NCBI GenBank assembly: GCA_951406725.2 | Contig: OX597839.1 | Location: forward strand, 17,546,001-17,610,000 | Reading direction: 5' to 3' | Length of the DNA stretch: 64,000 nt | From: Octopus vulgaris | Lineage: Eukaryota | Shown: positions 1 to 12,914 of the stretch, one piece after another | Layout of the letters: each line of letters opens with the position of its first letter | Position numbering within the stretch: position 1 is the stretch's first letter | The notes under the pieces: model-generated | What the model was told of the DNA's origin: nothing | Databases searched by the model: none | The model's input: only the letters and a program-made list of their open reading frames with translations | Translations under genes and position numbers: made by a program

Positions 1-1018
1 GCATAGGTGAGACCGTGTGGTAAGAAGTTAGCTTCCCAACCACATGGTTTTGGTTTCAGGCCCACTGCATGACACTTGGGCAGCTTTTAGATGAATGAAT
101 CGACCCCAGTACTTTTTTCTTAAGCCTGGTACTTATTATATCAGTCTCTTTTGCCAAACATAAACACACCAACTCTGGTTGTCAAGCAGTGGTGGTGGAC
201 AAACACATGCAAAGAAACCCAAACACACACACATATATATATGGGCTTCTTTCAGTTTCCATTTACCAGATCTACTCACAAGGCTTTGGTCAGCCCAAGG
301 CTATAGTAGAAGACATACCTGCAACTATGTACCATAACAAGCTTGTGGATAACTATGAAGCCATATTTCTGTTTCAGCATATCTATTTCTTAGTTTATTT
401 ATCATTTCCCAACCTTCACCTGTTTCCAAGTAAGGTAATAAGTGTGTTTATGTTTGGCAAAAGAGACTGATATAATAAGTACCAGGCTTAAGAAAAAAGT
501 ACTGGGGTCGATTCATTCAACTAAAAGCTCTTCAAGGAAGTGCCACAGCATGGCCACAGTCTAACAAGTGAAACAAGTAAAATACACAAGTATACATGCA
601 CACTACACACAAACACATTCACTCACAATCAACCAAATGCACAAACACATGCATATATTTTTGTCTAATTCCACAAGATTCTTGGTATTTGTTATAGTAA
701 ATTCCAGTGATTGACAAGATTCTATAACCTTGAATGGACTTAAAATCAAAACTGGAAACTAGTAGTAACTAGCCAATAGCTTATCAAATTCTACAATATG
801 CAGCAGAATTCTATGATAAGGTCACAGATCAGTATCAAATTGGATTAGATCTGGTGAAGTCTTTCTTTTCACCAATGAGAACTTTCTTCTAAAATGACTA
901 GTGAGTTATCATAAGACATATGTGTATGTATCTGCCTGCTTGTCTGTATATAAACATTTGTTTTGACAAGCTAGTTTCAATGGTGAAACTTTGAATTGTT
1001 AACTCAATATTAATATAA

Positions 1019-1076
<58 letters not shown>

Positions 1077-1341
1077 TATCAGCTCAAGGTACTGGCAACT
1101 CAGGCAGTCACCCAGGCTGTCATGTGCTAGAGGGTGCTAAGGAGGGTGTGACAAAGACAAGGAAAAAAGTTCAGCTTGACAGGGCCCCAGCAAACCTTAG
1201 TGCCAACCCTGTATATGTATGTATGTACACATACATATATATATATATAAATATATCGTTTCAGTCATTTGACTGCAGCCATGCTGGAGCACATATATAT
1301 CCACACCTTTGTATACTACACACACATATATATATAGCGAG

Positions 1342-1392
<51 letters not shown>

Positions 1393-1479
1393 TATATATA
1401 TATACACATATATGCATATACATGCACATGCACACACATCTGTGGATGTGTGTGTTGAGAGTGAACTATTATATAATAC

Positions 1480-2050
1480 TTAATAAGCAAAAATTTGTTT
1501 AGATATTTCTCATTCGAACTGGACAGAACTTTCTCACCATTCACCAGAAATAAATTTTGTCTGTTACAAATAATCACGATTGGCAGAGGATGACATAAGA
1601 TTCAGAATATGATCAATTTGTATAAAGGCTAAAGAACTGAGGGGCACAATCCACATGAATAAGTTTGCGTTATTTGATAAGAAGAAGCATTTGGAAGTTA
1701 GTCAGAAATTACTCATATAATGTGGTAAAAACAATATCAGTCAATGGGAAACATTATTTCGAATAATTTCACTAGACAAATCCACTGCCATGTTTTTGTT
1801 CCCAACTTTGACCTTCCATAAATCCTAAATTTTATTTTAGAATTCATGGGAGCAACTGTCTTTGAAGACCTGTATTGTCGTTGAATGCTCGAAATGCATA
1901 GATAGATAGCTGACAACTGATGAAGGGTCCCTTCTCAGTGTTTACTTGTCCTGTTTTCCATTTTTTTTCTCATTGTTTACGTATGTAATTCATTTGTTTA
2001 TGTATTTCATGTTATTTGCACCATTAGTGATTTCCTACATCCGTATATGC
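1480..2050 (+). mobile_element. PLE 3' remnant (GIY-YIG-like segment and pseudo-LTR with decayed hammerhead boxes)
   Basis: CGKNNISQ (compare CGKNYIGQ) near 1722. Decayed motif ctgtct-TTGAAGA...gctc-GAAATGCAT-agatag at 1856-1905, and CTGATGA at 1917. Confidence 0.45.
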
Positions 2051-2063
2051 ATGTGAGTGTATT

Positions 2064-2102
<39 letters not shown>

Positions 2103-2128
2103 GTGTGTGTGTGTATATATATATATAT

Positions 2129-2316
2129 ATCATCATCATCATCATCATCATCATCATTTAACGTCCGTTTTCCGCGCTAGCACGGGTTGGACGGTTTCGA
2201 CCGGGGTCTGGGGAGCTAGGGACTGCCCCAGGCTCCAGTCTGGTCTGGCAGTGTTTCTACAGCTGGATGCCCTTCCTAACGCCAACCACTCCGCGAGTGT
2301 AGTGGGTGCTTTTTAC
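2129..2316 (-). mobile_element. Recurrent retroposon 3' end with (GAT)n tail (RTE-type tail, inferred)
   Basis: (cat)n-ttaacgtccgttttcc-gctagcacgggttggacgg...ctggatgcccttcctaacgccaaccac. Copies at about 23085, 32170 (opposite strand), 35090, 42540, 44580, 52636 and 61440. Confidence 0.75.
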
Positions 2317-2581
2317 ATATATATAATGTATATGACAGGCTTTCTTCAGTTTCCATCACCCAAATCCATTCACAAAGCTTTGGTCAGACTAAGGCTATAT
2401 TAAGGACTTGCCCACGATGCCGTGCAGTGGGACTGAACCTAGAATCATGTGGTTGGGAAACAAGCTTCTTATCACACAGCCATGCTTGCACCTATATGTA
2501 TGTATGTATGTATGTATGTGTATATATGCGTATGCACATGTATATTTATATATATATGTGAATGTTTATATGTATGTGTAC

Positions 2582-2624
<43 letters not shown>

Positions 2625-2740
2625 AATAATCCAAACAAGAAAACACAGAAAAAAAGAGAGAAAAAAGGAGAAAAAACACAGCAACGCAGGACGTGGAACA
2701 ATTAAAGTATTATTGACGCTCAGGAAAAAAGGGAAGGAGG

Positions 2741-2775
2741 GTTTAACACTTCGAGCGGAGCTCTTCGTCGGAAAC
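2741..2775 (-). ncRNA. Decayed copy of the 15215 hammerhead motif
   Basis: Minus strand reads gttt CCGACGA a gagc-tcc-gctc GAAG TG TT aaac. Core positions are mutated but stems I and II are retained. Confidence 0.55.
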
Positions 2776-2867
2776 AAGGAGAAGGAAAGATCCCAAAGAG
2801 GGAAGACAGAGGAGAAAATATTTGAGCTGGTGGTGCTTAAGAGATCACATATATATATATATGTGTG

Positions 2868-2900
<33 letters not shown>

Positions 2901-3847
2901 ATAAAATATATATATATATGTGTGCATATATCATTTCATAAACACAGAATTTAAATTTGAGCCACTACAAGTTTCATGAATATGATCGTATTTAGTTAAA
3001 CAATCTTGTATGTTAATTCTGAAAGATTGTATGATAGTACTTAGCATGCTATACAAGATTGTCTGCCCATTATACTATCAGACGCATGAAACTTATAGCA
3101 GCTCACATTTAAATCTTATGTATATTAAATGATATTTATCTCTTGTTGGATGGAATATTTTTTTTGTTGAACCCCAAAACAGAACAGTACACTATATATA
3201 TATATATGTGGGGAGAGAGAGAGATAAGAGAAATTTATTTCTGACTTAGATAGGAATATATTTTCTGTGCATCTACTCGTATACCTCATGCAGTATTTCA
3301 TAGACCATCGTATACAATAACTAATGAAAACAGAGCAGTTACACAATGAGTGCTGCCAGTCTTGTGGCAGGTATTGAATATTTAATGGCTGGAGAATAAC
3401 TGACTATTCAAGAAAACATTCATTTTTATTTTAACAATTATTTCCGTGTTTATTACTGAAACAAACATAACGGTGAAATATTTACTAACCATCAAATTTA
3501 TTTCATTAACAAGAAGTGCTAACATATATTTCTTGTAACAAAAAGTAAAATCATCATTTAGTTATATCATCGTTTTAATGTACACTTTTCTTTGCTTGCA
3601 TGGGTCTGACAGGTTTTACTGACACAGATTTTCTATGGCCAGATGCCCTTCTTATCGTCAACCCTTGTTTTCAAGCAAGGTAAATATTTCCCCATGGCCA
3701 GGCATGTTTCAGCAGACTATTGGAAGTGAATAACATTCATTTACAGAAATCCCACATTATCAAGACACTTTCCATCCTCATGTGTTCTCCTGTTCCACTT
3801 GATCCATTTTCTCTGTTGATTTGGCAAAAAGAAAAAAAATCCCAAAA

Positions 3848-3885
<38 letters not shown>

Positions 3886-3888
3886 CAA

Positions 3889-4278
3889 TGTACATTTAAA
3901 CACATTAAAAGGTTTCCATCATAGGACTCCCTTACACTAGAAGGAACTGCTAAAGTCCAATCCACTAATTAGGGATAAATTCTCAAAGGGAATGAAAAAT
4001 AAAAGCATTTACCGGCTATTTCCTGGACCATGGTTTCTGACATTTTTAGCAAATAAAATAATTTGCTAGGCGAAGTCTTTGTCAACAGGTACGCCAAGAT
4101 TAAACATATAAAAACATATAAAAGAGTCAGAAACTATGGTCCAGGAAATACATGGTAAATGTTTTTATTTTTCATTCCCTTCAAGAATTTATCCCTAATT
4201 AGTGGTTTGGACTTTAGCTGTTCCTTCTAGCATAAGAGAGTCCTATGATGGAAACCTCTTAATGTGTTTAAATGTACA
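3889..4278. repeat. Inverted repeat with arms of about 152 bp, flanked by (TA)n
   Basis: 3889-4041 pairs with 4126-4278. The mirror ORFs 3741- and 4202+ share WTLAVPSS.RESYDGNLLMCLNVH. Confidence 0.92.
4022..4089 (-). ncRNA. Decayed hammerhead motif
   Basis: Minus strand reads cctg TTGACAA a gac...tagcaaat/atttgcta...gtc a GAAA CCATGG TC cagg. Stems, palindromic stem III and GUC site are kept; the CUGANGA box carries two transitions. Confidence 0.55.
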
Positions 4279-4283
4279 CACAA

Positions 4284-4372
<89 letters not shown>

Positions 4373-4404
4373 CCAAGAAAAACAGCAACAAGAATGGATC
4401 GGTA

Positions 4405-4494
4405 GATTAGTACAATTGTTTCATACTGAAAACATTTAATTTCAAGCTGCAAATATTACAGCAAATATAATGTCAAGTATTCATCAGCTAAATC
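4405..4494 (-). ncRNA. Second, inverted copy of the same hammerhead motif
   Basis: Near-exact reverse complement of 4750-4839 (tcatcag at 4481-4487; gtacaattgtttc at 4410-4422). Confidence 0.78.
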
Positions 4495-4749
4495 ACATAT
4501 AGGTTTTCCATATATTCTTAGAGAGTGTAAATATCCTTATGAAGTTATAGGAGTGAGTTCCATGAATCTGAAGTAAGATTCCAAGCAGACTATATATGTT
4601 TTCCAACAATACAAAGTTTTTAAAATGATTATTAACATCCCAGAGAAGATTAATCTACTCATAAAAATGTGGGTATAAGTTCCAAGAGGCATGAGGAAAG
4701 ATGCTGGTCATACCACGGTTAAGTTTGCATATATGGAAAACCTATATGT

Positions 4750-4839
4750 GATTTAGCTGATGAATACTTGACATTATATTTGCTGTAATATTTGCAGCTT
4801 GAAATTAAATGTTTTTAGTATGAAACAATTGTACTAATC
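4750..4839 (+). ncRNA. Type I hammerhead ribozyme motif with intact core and long stem II
   Basis: Stem I ttag/ctaa (extendable to gat-ttag/ctaatc), CTGATGA at 4757-4763, stem II atact/agtat enclosing an inner gctgtaa/ttgcagc hairpin, GAAA at 4822-4825, palindromic stem III ACAATTGT, and GUA cleavage triplet at 4831-4833. Confidence 0.8.
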
Positions 4840-5002
4840 TACCGATCCATTCTTGTTGCTTTTTTCTTGGTTATAATCACCCCACATGATTTTATGGTTA
4901 ATACCATAAAGAATCCTGGTGCATCTAAGTTAAGTACAATATTCATTTGAATTCATTTGAATCTTAATTGTTTTTGCTGAAATTATATATATATATATAT
5001 AT

Positions 5003-5047
<45 letters not shown>

Positions 5048-6297
5048 GTCTATTGACTAATTTTTCTATATGCTAGGCCACTGGTAGTAAAAATTACTAA
5101 AATCTTTATTACCCTAATATTATTAATTATATATATATATGTATATATTCAATTAAAACTTTTCAAGTTAGTGTCCTAATATGGTTGCAGTCCAATCACT
5201 GAAATAAGCATAAGATATAAAGGTTCTTTCTCATTCTGTAATTGTTGTATACAATAGTCTAAAGTACTTTGAAAGGTGCATGGTTCAGTAGTTAGAGCAT
5301 TGGGTTCACAATCATGTGGCAATGAGTTCAATTCCTCGACCTGGTTGTGTGTTGTGTTCTTGAGCAAGACACTTGATTTCATGTTACTCTAGTTCACTCA
5401 CCTGTAAAAATGAGGTGTGACATCACTAGTGCCAAGCTGTATCAGCCTTTGCCTTACTCTTAGATAATATCAGTAGCATAGAGAGGGGAGGCTGGTATGC
5501 ATGGGCAACTGTTGGTCTTCAGCAAACAACCTTCCCCAGATTTGTGCCTTAGAGGGGGACTTTCTAGGTGCAATCCCATAGTCATTCATGACTGAAGGGC
5601 CACTTTATAGTACAAAAGGTTAAACTTACTACTGAGTTATTCATTGTTACACCACCCAGTCAGTACTCAGTGAACTTAAGTAAATGAGAGATTAAGACAG
5701 ACATTGCTACCCACGTTAAGATCAGTCTCAGTGTATCTGTTGTTGTTTGATAGAGGGTTTTGACGAGGGTGTTCTCTATATAATGACGGACATGGTATTT
5801 TGAGACAGTGAGAGGAGACATTGTTGTTATTTGCCAAATCATATGTGATGTCATGCTCTTGGTAGAGCATGTAAATCATTATATATAAAATGTGTGTGTG
5901 TGTATACATATATACAAATGTTTATGTAAATGTACATATATATAATCAAAGCTGTATGTATTTGTGTGTATATATGCATATCTATCTAGGGCAGGTAAAA
6001 TTCCCATGATATATACATATATGTATATATATGTATATATAAACATATACATGCATATGTATGCTTATTTGTATATGCATCATATTATGTATGTGTATTC
6101 CTTTGTGTATATATACAAACACATACACCTGCCTACATACTTACAGGCATGCATACATGCATATGTGCATACACATGTGCATTCTTATTATGGAAAAATT
6201 ATAACTACCCAATTATTTCAGAGCCACAAGAATTCAACATTCTCTTCTCTCACTCTTTGCTTCTTTGTCTCTTTCTTCCTCTTTCACTCGTCTTCTC

Positions 6298-6335
<38 letters not shown>

Positions 6336-6586
6336 ACAACATGACTCAGTAAAGTTTTGAAATAGTACAAATTTCCCCTAAAAATTTTTTATGATAGATA
6401 ATTTTATTTTAAATTTGTATAATAACATTTACTTAAACATTTATGCCATCGGCAATTCTGCAGTATTCAACTAGCCTCTAGGCACTCTGAATAAAGGGAA
6501 AAGAAAAAAAGTATTTAAGAAAAGTTAAATATAGATTATAAAATTTCTTTTTTTCTTTCATATTTTTTAGTTTATACATACATACA

Positions 6587-6618
<32 letters not shown>

Positions 6619-6635
6619 CATACATATACATACAT

Positions 6636-6671
<36 letters not shown>

Positions 6672-7170
6672 CTAAACTGGGAAAAGATACTGAAATGGTA
6701 CAGTATATAGCTACTATGTGAAATAATTACGAATGCAAGCTTCTTGTAGAAGAAATAAGTAAAGATAAAAATATTTAAAAAAATAAAGAGACCCTTTCAC
6801 TACTTTTGCCAACAATTACAAATAACAATGGTGTTATTAATAATAATTGAAATAATAATAATAATTATAATAATTCTACTACTACACTTGCGAACAACTC
6901 CAAATAACAACGACAGCAACAACAACAACAACAATAATAATTGCAAAATTCATACAATGTTTATTATTTGATGGAGGCTGGAGGAATCAATTATATTTTT
7001 TTTGATAAGTAAGCAAAATTACATATATGTGTATATACATATATACACTTACACACACATACATATATGTACACATATATACATATACACATACATATAT
7101 ATATATATATTGTACACATATATACATAGGCACATACAAATGTAAATATACATATACATACATGTATATG

Positions 7171-7204
<34 letters not shown>

Positions 7205-7682
7205 TATACATATATATGCACACATGCATATATATATATGCACATATTATTGTTGTTGTTATTCTTGATAGGTGATTTCATATACTGCAAAAATGACCCA
7301 TAAATATTTGTTTATATAAAACTGAAGACACCCATATCTATAAATCTAGAACTATACTCATTGAATACTCAAACAGAATGTAATCATATACACCTTGCTT
7401 AATAATAATAATAATAATAATAATAGCTTTATTATTTATGGTTTGAGAAGTAAATTGTATTACTATTATTGTTATTATTATTATTATTATTACTGAGAGG
7501 CCAGCAAACTGGCAGAATCATTAAGCATGCCAGAGAAAATGTTGCTTAGTGCTATTTTGTCTGTCTTTTCATTCTGCGTTCAAATCATGCCAAGGTTGAC
7601 TTTGCCTTTCACTCTTTCAGCCTCAATGATATAGGTGCCAGTTAAGCACAGGGGTCAATGTAATCAACTAGCTTCCTCCTAG

Positions 7683-8035
7683 TGAATTTGTAAAAAAGTG
7701 GGTGACTGTGGCAACAATGGTTAGAGTAAATGACCCTGCTCTAAGCATGCACCTGTAGATTGGTAAGCAACAGTTTTGGAAAGGACTCTGGTTATCAGGG
7801 TAATGTTGGTTTTGTGGGGTCCCTTGGTACCTAGTCGGAGTTTCAGGGGGACTACCTCATTCATGTTATTACATACTTTATATACTATGAATACTTCTAT
7901 GACATTTGACCATTTCCCCCCCATTCTTTCTTCTCATTCTTTTGTAAATCCCCACACAAATTGTTATCTGTTCTTGGATATTCCCCCCTTATCTATGCCT
8001 CTGTGGTTAATAAAAGAAATTTTTCTTATTATTAT
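7683..8035 (+). mobile_element. Probable LINE (Tx1/L1-like) 3' end
   Basis: EFVKKWVTVATMVRVND then a stop, UTR, aataaaag and (att)n tail. Related to 8520-9025. Confidence 0.4.
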
Positions 8036-8231
8036 TCAAGGTAGTGAGCTGGCAGAATTGTTAGTGCACTGGACAAAATGCTTAGTGGTACTTCACCTGT
8101 CGCTGCATTCTGACTTCAAATTTACCTTTCATCCTTTCAGGGTCAATAAAATAAGTACCAGTTGAACACTGGTGTTGATGTAATTGACTCCTTCTTCCCA
8201 CGAAAATTGCTGCCCTGGTGGCAAAATTTTA

Positions 8232-8272
<41 letters not shown>

Positions 8273-8519
8273 CATCATCATCCCTATCACACCTTTACCG
8301 ATGAAAATTAGCTTGTGCATTTTCTTGATATCACGTTACTTTTTGAGACATCAGGTACCTAGAAATCATCTTACAAGTTCCTACTCTGTCCCTTACAAAC
8401 AGGCTTTTTGAATAAGTGTTATATTGACTTCAATTTCTATATTTTTCATTCATCCTTCTAGTTTGCTGATCACTGTAATGATTGATCCTACAGTGACAGA
8501 AATGACTTGAACTGATAGG

Positions 8520-8994
8520 CACAAGGACATATACTTTCCTCTTTTTGGCAGAGGTCTGATTGACTTCTTCAAATTTCAGTTGAAAAAGAAATTGAGGATG
8601 GAGTGGAAGTGCTGTCCTGGAGTAAGTTTATTGAATGGTGGATAAAAGTTATGAAAATGGCAAGAGTGGATGTTACCTCTCTAAGTGTAGACCTATGAGT
8701 CAGAGAAAGGGAATTGGAAGGGTCACTTGCTCTTGGTGTTCAGGGAAATCTCAGACAGTGAGGCTCCTTGATTATCCCTAGAGGTCATCCCGTATCAGGA
8801 AGGCTACATCTCTATCATCCCCCACCTTTTTTTTAAACTTTATATACTATGTATATTTCCCTTCCTTTTCATTGTATACCATGTATACTTACTTTTTTCT
8901 TTTTTGTTAATTACCATTTCATTACATGTGAATCCCTACACTGTGTGTGTCTATCTATTGTGCCCCTCATCTACCAAGGTGGCAAATAAATGAA

Positions 8995-9025
<31 letters not shown>
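8520..9025 (+). mobile_element. Probable LINE (Tx1/L1-like) 3' end
   Basis: FFKFQLKKKLRME...KFIEWWIKVMKMARVD (with a frameshift), then UTR, aataaatg and (att)n tail. Confidence 0.45.
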
Positions 9026-10286
9026 GTTTTCTTCTGCTTTCTATTATTATTATTCAAAGCAAATACTTTTCATTTCTCAAAAATCAAAACTTTAGCAAAG
9101 TATACTGTTTAATTTTGAAGATTAGGCATGTATGTGTATGTCTGTGTTTGTGAGTGTGTGTAATTTTCTAGTTTCACTTATGTCTCACAGGCCTTTAAAA
9201 CAGACATCAAAGTTTCAAGCTAACAATACATTTGACTTGAATCCTTGAAAATCTACTTAAGTAAATCATTAATCTGTAGAGTGGAGACTTGTCTTGATAT
9301 AACACCCTGTTGTAAATGAACTAAGATCAAAATCTACACCAAGTGGAAAATATATACATAACGAAATGTAGAATATGTTTGTATATATGCATATTTTTTA
9401 TTTTACTTGTTTTAGTCATTTTACTTGCTTTAGTCATTGGCCATGCTGGGGCACTGCTTCAAAGGGTTTAGATGAAAAAAATCAACCCCAGTACTTATTT
9501 TTAAGTCTGGTATTTATTCTATTAATCTCTTTTGCCAAACCACTGAGTTACAAGGACATAAATAAACTGACACCAGTTATCAAGCAATAGTGGAGAGAGG
9601 ACAGACACAGCACAAACTCAAACACATACACACATAGAGATGTGTATGTGTGTGTAACAGGCTTCATTCAGTTTCTGTTTACCAAATCAACTCGCAACAT
9701 TTTGGTCAATCCAGGACTATAGTAGAAAGCACTTGCCCAAGGTGCTGTGGGACTGAACTCAAGACCATATGGTTGGAAAACAGTCATCTCAACCACACAG
9801 CCACATTTACAACTATATAAATAAAGTTGGTCTCATTGGGATTTGAATTCAAAATAAAAAGTCAGAATAAATAAGGCAGGATATTTTATTTGATGCTCAA
9901 GCACCTCTGCCAATTTTACCTGTATGTATTTTTCATTTTTCTCTTTTTAATTTAATTTTGACCATCCACCTGCTTGGTAGCAAGGTTCTGAAGGAAAGCA
10001 TCTTGTTTTATTCGAATGCATGCACATACATAGACTTATTCTTTCTTTTATTTTTTTTCTTCTTAATTCAAATAATATCTATTTTATTTTCCTGAAATGT
10101 TGTTCAAGGCCTTAAATTTTATTTCAAAAATTTGACTCACCTGGATAAATACTGTGAAACACTTTTTGGGAAAATACTGTTGTAATCATAGAATATTCCT
10201 AAATGGATAGGCAGGTCAAGGTTGGATTTCATTTGATCAGATATTTGCTTAATCAAGTTGACCTAGGGCTAAACAACAACAACATG

Positions 10287-10700
10287 GGTGAAGACTTTTC
10301 TATGTGATTGCTAAGAGTGATAGAAATAGCACTAAAATATCCATAAAAATTCGTCCTACTGTCTTACAAAAAGGTAAAATCATAGGTGAGGACTCCTATG
10401 TGGTTGCTTAAAGTGGTGGAAATAGCAGTTAAATCTTCATTGAAACACATCTTAATAGCTTGCAAAAGTAAAAACATAGGTGAGGGCTCTTCTGCAAGGT
10501 TGCTCAGAGTGGTAAAAAAAAACAGTCAAATATCCATAAAAACTCGTTTTACTATCTTAAAAATCATAAGTATATGGGTGAGGACACTTCTATCTGGTTT
10601 CTCAAATTACTTGAAATAGTAGTGAAATCTCCATCAGACTCATTCTACTGTCTTGAAAAATTGTAAGCACATATTGAATAATGAAGTCCTAAATACATTC
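10287..10700 (+). repeat. Four diverged tandem units of about 97 bp
   Basis: ggtga(a/g)g...tggttgct...gaaatagcag...ctactgtctt begins at about 10287, 10385, 10479 and 10577. Confidence 0.8.
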
Positions 10701-11507
10701 CACCTGGAAAAACTGACTGGTCGTAATTTCTAGCTACAAAGTCACACTTCTCAAAGTATCTCTCAGTAGGATTGAACCAAGGGCCAAATGGTTAAAAAGA
10801 GAAAACCACTGAAACAGATATCCATGCCTCAACATTTGTTTAATTTTGTAAATTCTGTTTATGTTGTAAATTTTGTTAATTTTGTTATTTTTGATGGTTA
10901 GGTTTGGTAACGAATATGAGGCAGGTGCAGGAATAATAATATATATTCTTGTAACTATTCAAACAGAAATCTTCTTTTTCAAAATACCTCATTAATTTAA
11001 CAAATTAACTGTAAATATGGTTAAAACATGTTTAATGAAATATTTGTCTGTACTTCAATTTTTACCTTAAATGGGCATGATTTCAAATTCTTTGTTTAAT
11101 ACGTACATATGACTTGTATGTGTGTTGTGTATGTGTGCATACACACATGTGTCTATGAATGCACACATATACTAATAATAATAATAATAAACAGCAGAAG
11201 TTAAAGAATGACCCTAGATCTGAGAGTTTTGTACATTAGCACATATCATTCTCTTTCCCCCTCCCTCCTCCCCCTCTCACTCTCTCTTTCTCTGTTATTA
11301 AATAATATATACATATGTATATATATATATATATATATAATTTAATAACAGTTTGATTTGGCTCCATGTTATTAAATAATATATGTAACTCTTGCTGTGT
11401 TGAATGCTACTTTCTTTCATTTACCCACTCTTGTGTGTGTATACATATATATGTAGGTAAGTATTTATACATATATAATTATGTAGACATACTTTATATA
11501 TATTAAG

Positions 11508-12521
11508 CACGGGTATGGCTATGTTTGGTGTATCAAGAAATACTGTCTCAAAAGTAATGACAGCCTTTGAGAAAGGGGGAAAAACCTCATTGTTGAAACA
11601 AAATTCTGGAAGAAAACCAAAACTTTCAGATAGGAACCCTCACACTCTTATGCGAATTGTTAGAAGGATCACAAAAGTACAGCTCCCAAAACTACTGCAG
11701 AAGGTAATGGCCACCTCAAGAACCCAGTTTCTACAAAAAATGTTCACTGGGAGTTGCACAAAGCTGGATTTCATGGGAGGGCAGCAATCAGAAAACCACT
11801 ACTTTCAAAAACAAACTTTGTAAAACATTTAGAGTGGAGTAAAAGACTACAGAATTGTCCCTAGAGCAGTGGAAGAATGTTATTTACTTGAACAAATCAT
11901 CCTTTACTTTATTTCTAACCACCAGCCAAGTATACGTGTGGAGACAGCCAAAAGAAGCATTTGACCCAGACTGCCTTTTTCCAACTGTTAAACATGGAGG
12001 AGGATCTGTGATGATCTGAGGTGCTATATCTTGGAAATCCAGCGGGCCAATGGTTTCCCTTCATGGCAGAATTAATAGTCACAACTATTTAAGCATTTTA
12101 TCTAATCAAATTCATCCTATGGTTGCAAAACTGTTTCCGTAGGTAATCGCAGTCTTTCAGGATGATATTGCACCAATTCACACAGCTAAAGTTGTTACTG
12201 AATGGCATGAGGAGCATTCTAGTGAAGTTGAACATCTTATCTGGCCACCACAGTCCCCAGATCTCAATATTAGTAAACATTTGGGGTGCATTTTAGAAAA
12301 ACAAGTAAGGAGTCGATATCCTCCACCATCATCACTACAAGAACTGGAGACTGTTTTAGCTGAAGAATAGACAAAAATCCTTTCGTACACAATTCAAACT
12401 TTGTATGAGTCCATACATCATAGAATTCAAGCTGTAATTACTCCCAAAGGCAGTCCTACCCCATATTAAAATAAGTTTGTTTGAAATTTTAAGGTATTTC
12501 CATTTTTTTGTCCAAGCCCTG
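11508..12521 (+). mobile_element. 5'-truncated, inactive Tc1-family transposon with right TIR
   Basis: Peptide motifs FGVSRNTVSKVM (HTH), GRKPKL, PTVKHGGGSVMI, FQDDIAPIH and WPPQSPDLNISKHL, with frameshifts and stops. TIR aggtatttccatttttttgtccaagccctg at 12492-12521. Confidence 0.92.
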
Positions 12522-12538
12522 TGTATGTATTTATTTAT

Positions 12539-12603
<65 letters not shown>

Positions 12604-12845
12604 CACACACACATACTGTATTTACCCATGTATGAGTTGCACTATTTTATACATGGTTTTCACTGAAATATCTGGGATGCAGCTTATACATAGGGCAAAG
12701 CTAAAACTATGATGGGGAAAAACTTTTGCACCAAGATTTAACATGAAATTAGAGGTGTCACTTATACATAAATAAATATGGTAGATAATATTTTATACAC
12801 ATGCATGTGCTCACACACATGCATACAATATATATATGTGTCTGT

Positions 12846-12914
<69 letters not shown>

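Larger units (their letters stand above)
4371..4872. repeat. Inverted repeat with near-identical arms of about 144 bp
   Basis: 4371-4514 is the reverse complement of 4729-4872 with only a few differences. Confidence 0.95.

Noticed and set aside
1078-1211. Possible hAT-type MITE remnants (also about 26156-26395 and a pogo-like end at about 12613-12695)
   Set aside because: Termini are too decayed to show paired TIRs and TSDs by eye.
5640-5870. Possible solo LTR
   Set aside because: No clear TG...CA termini, TSD or second copy.
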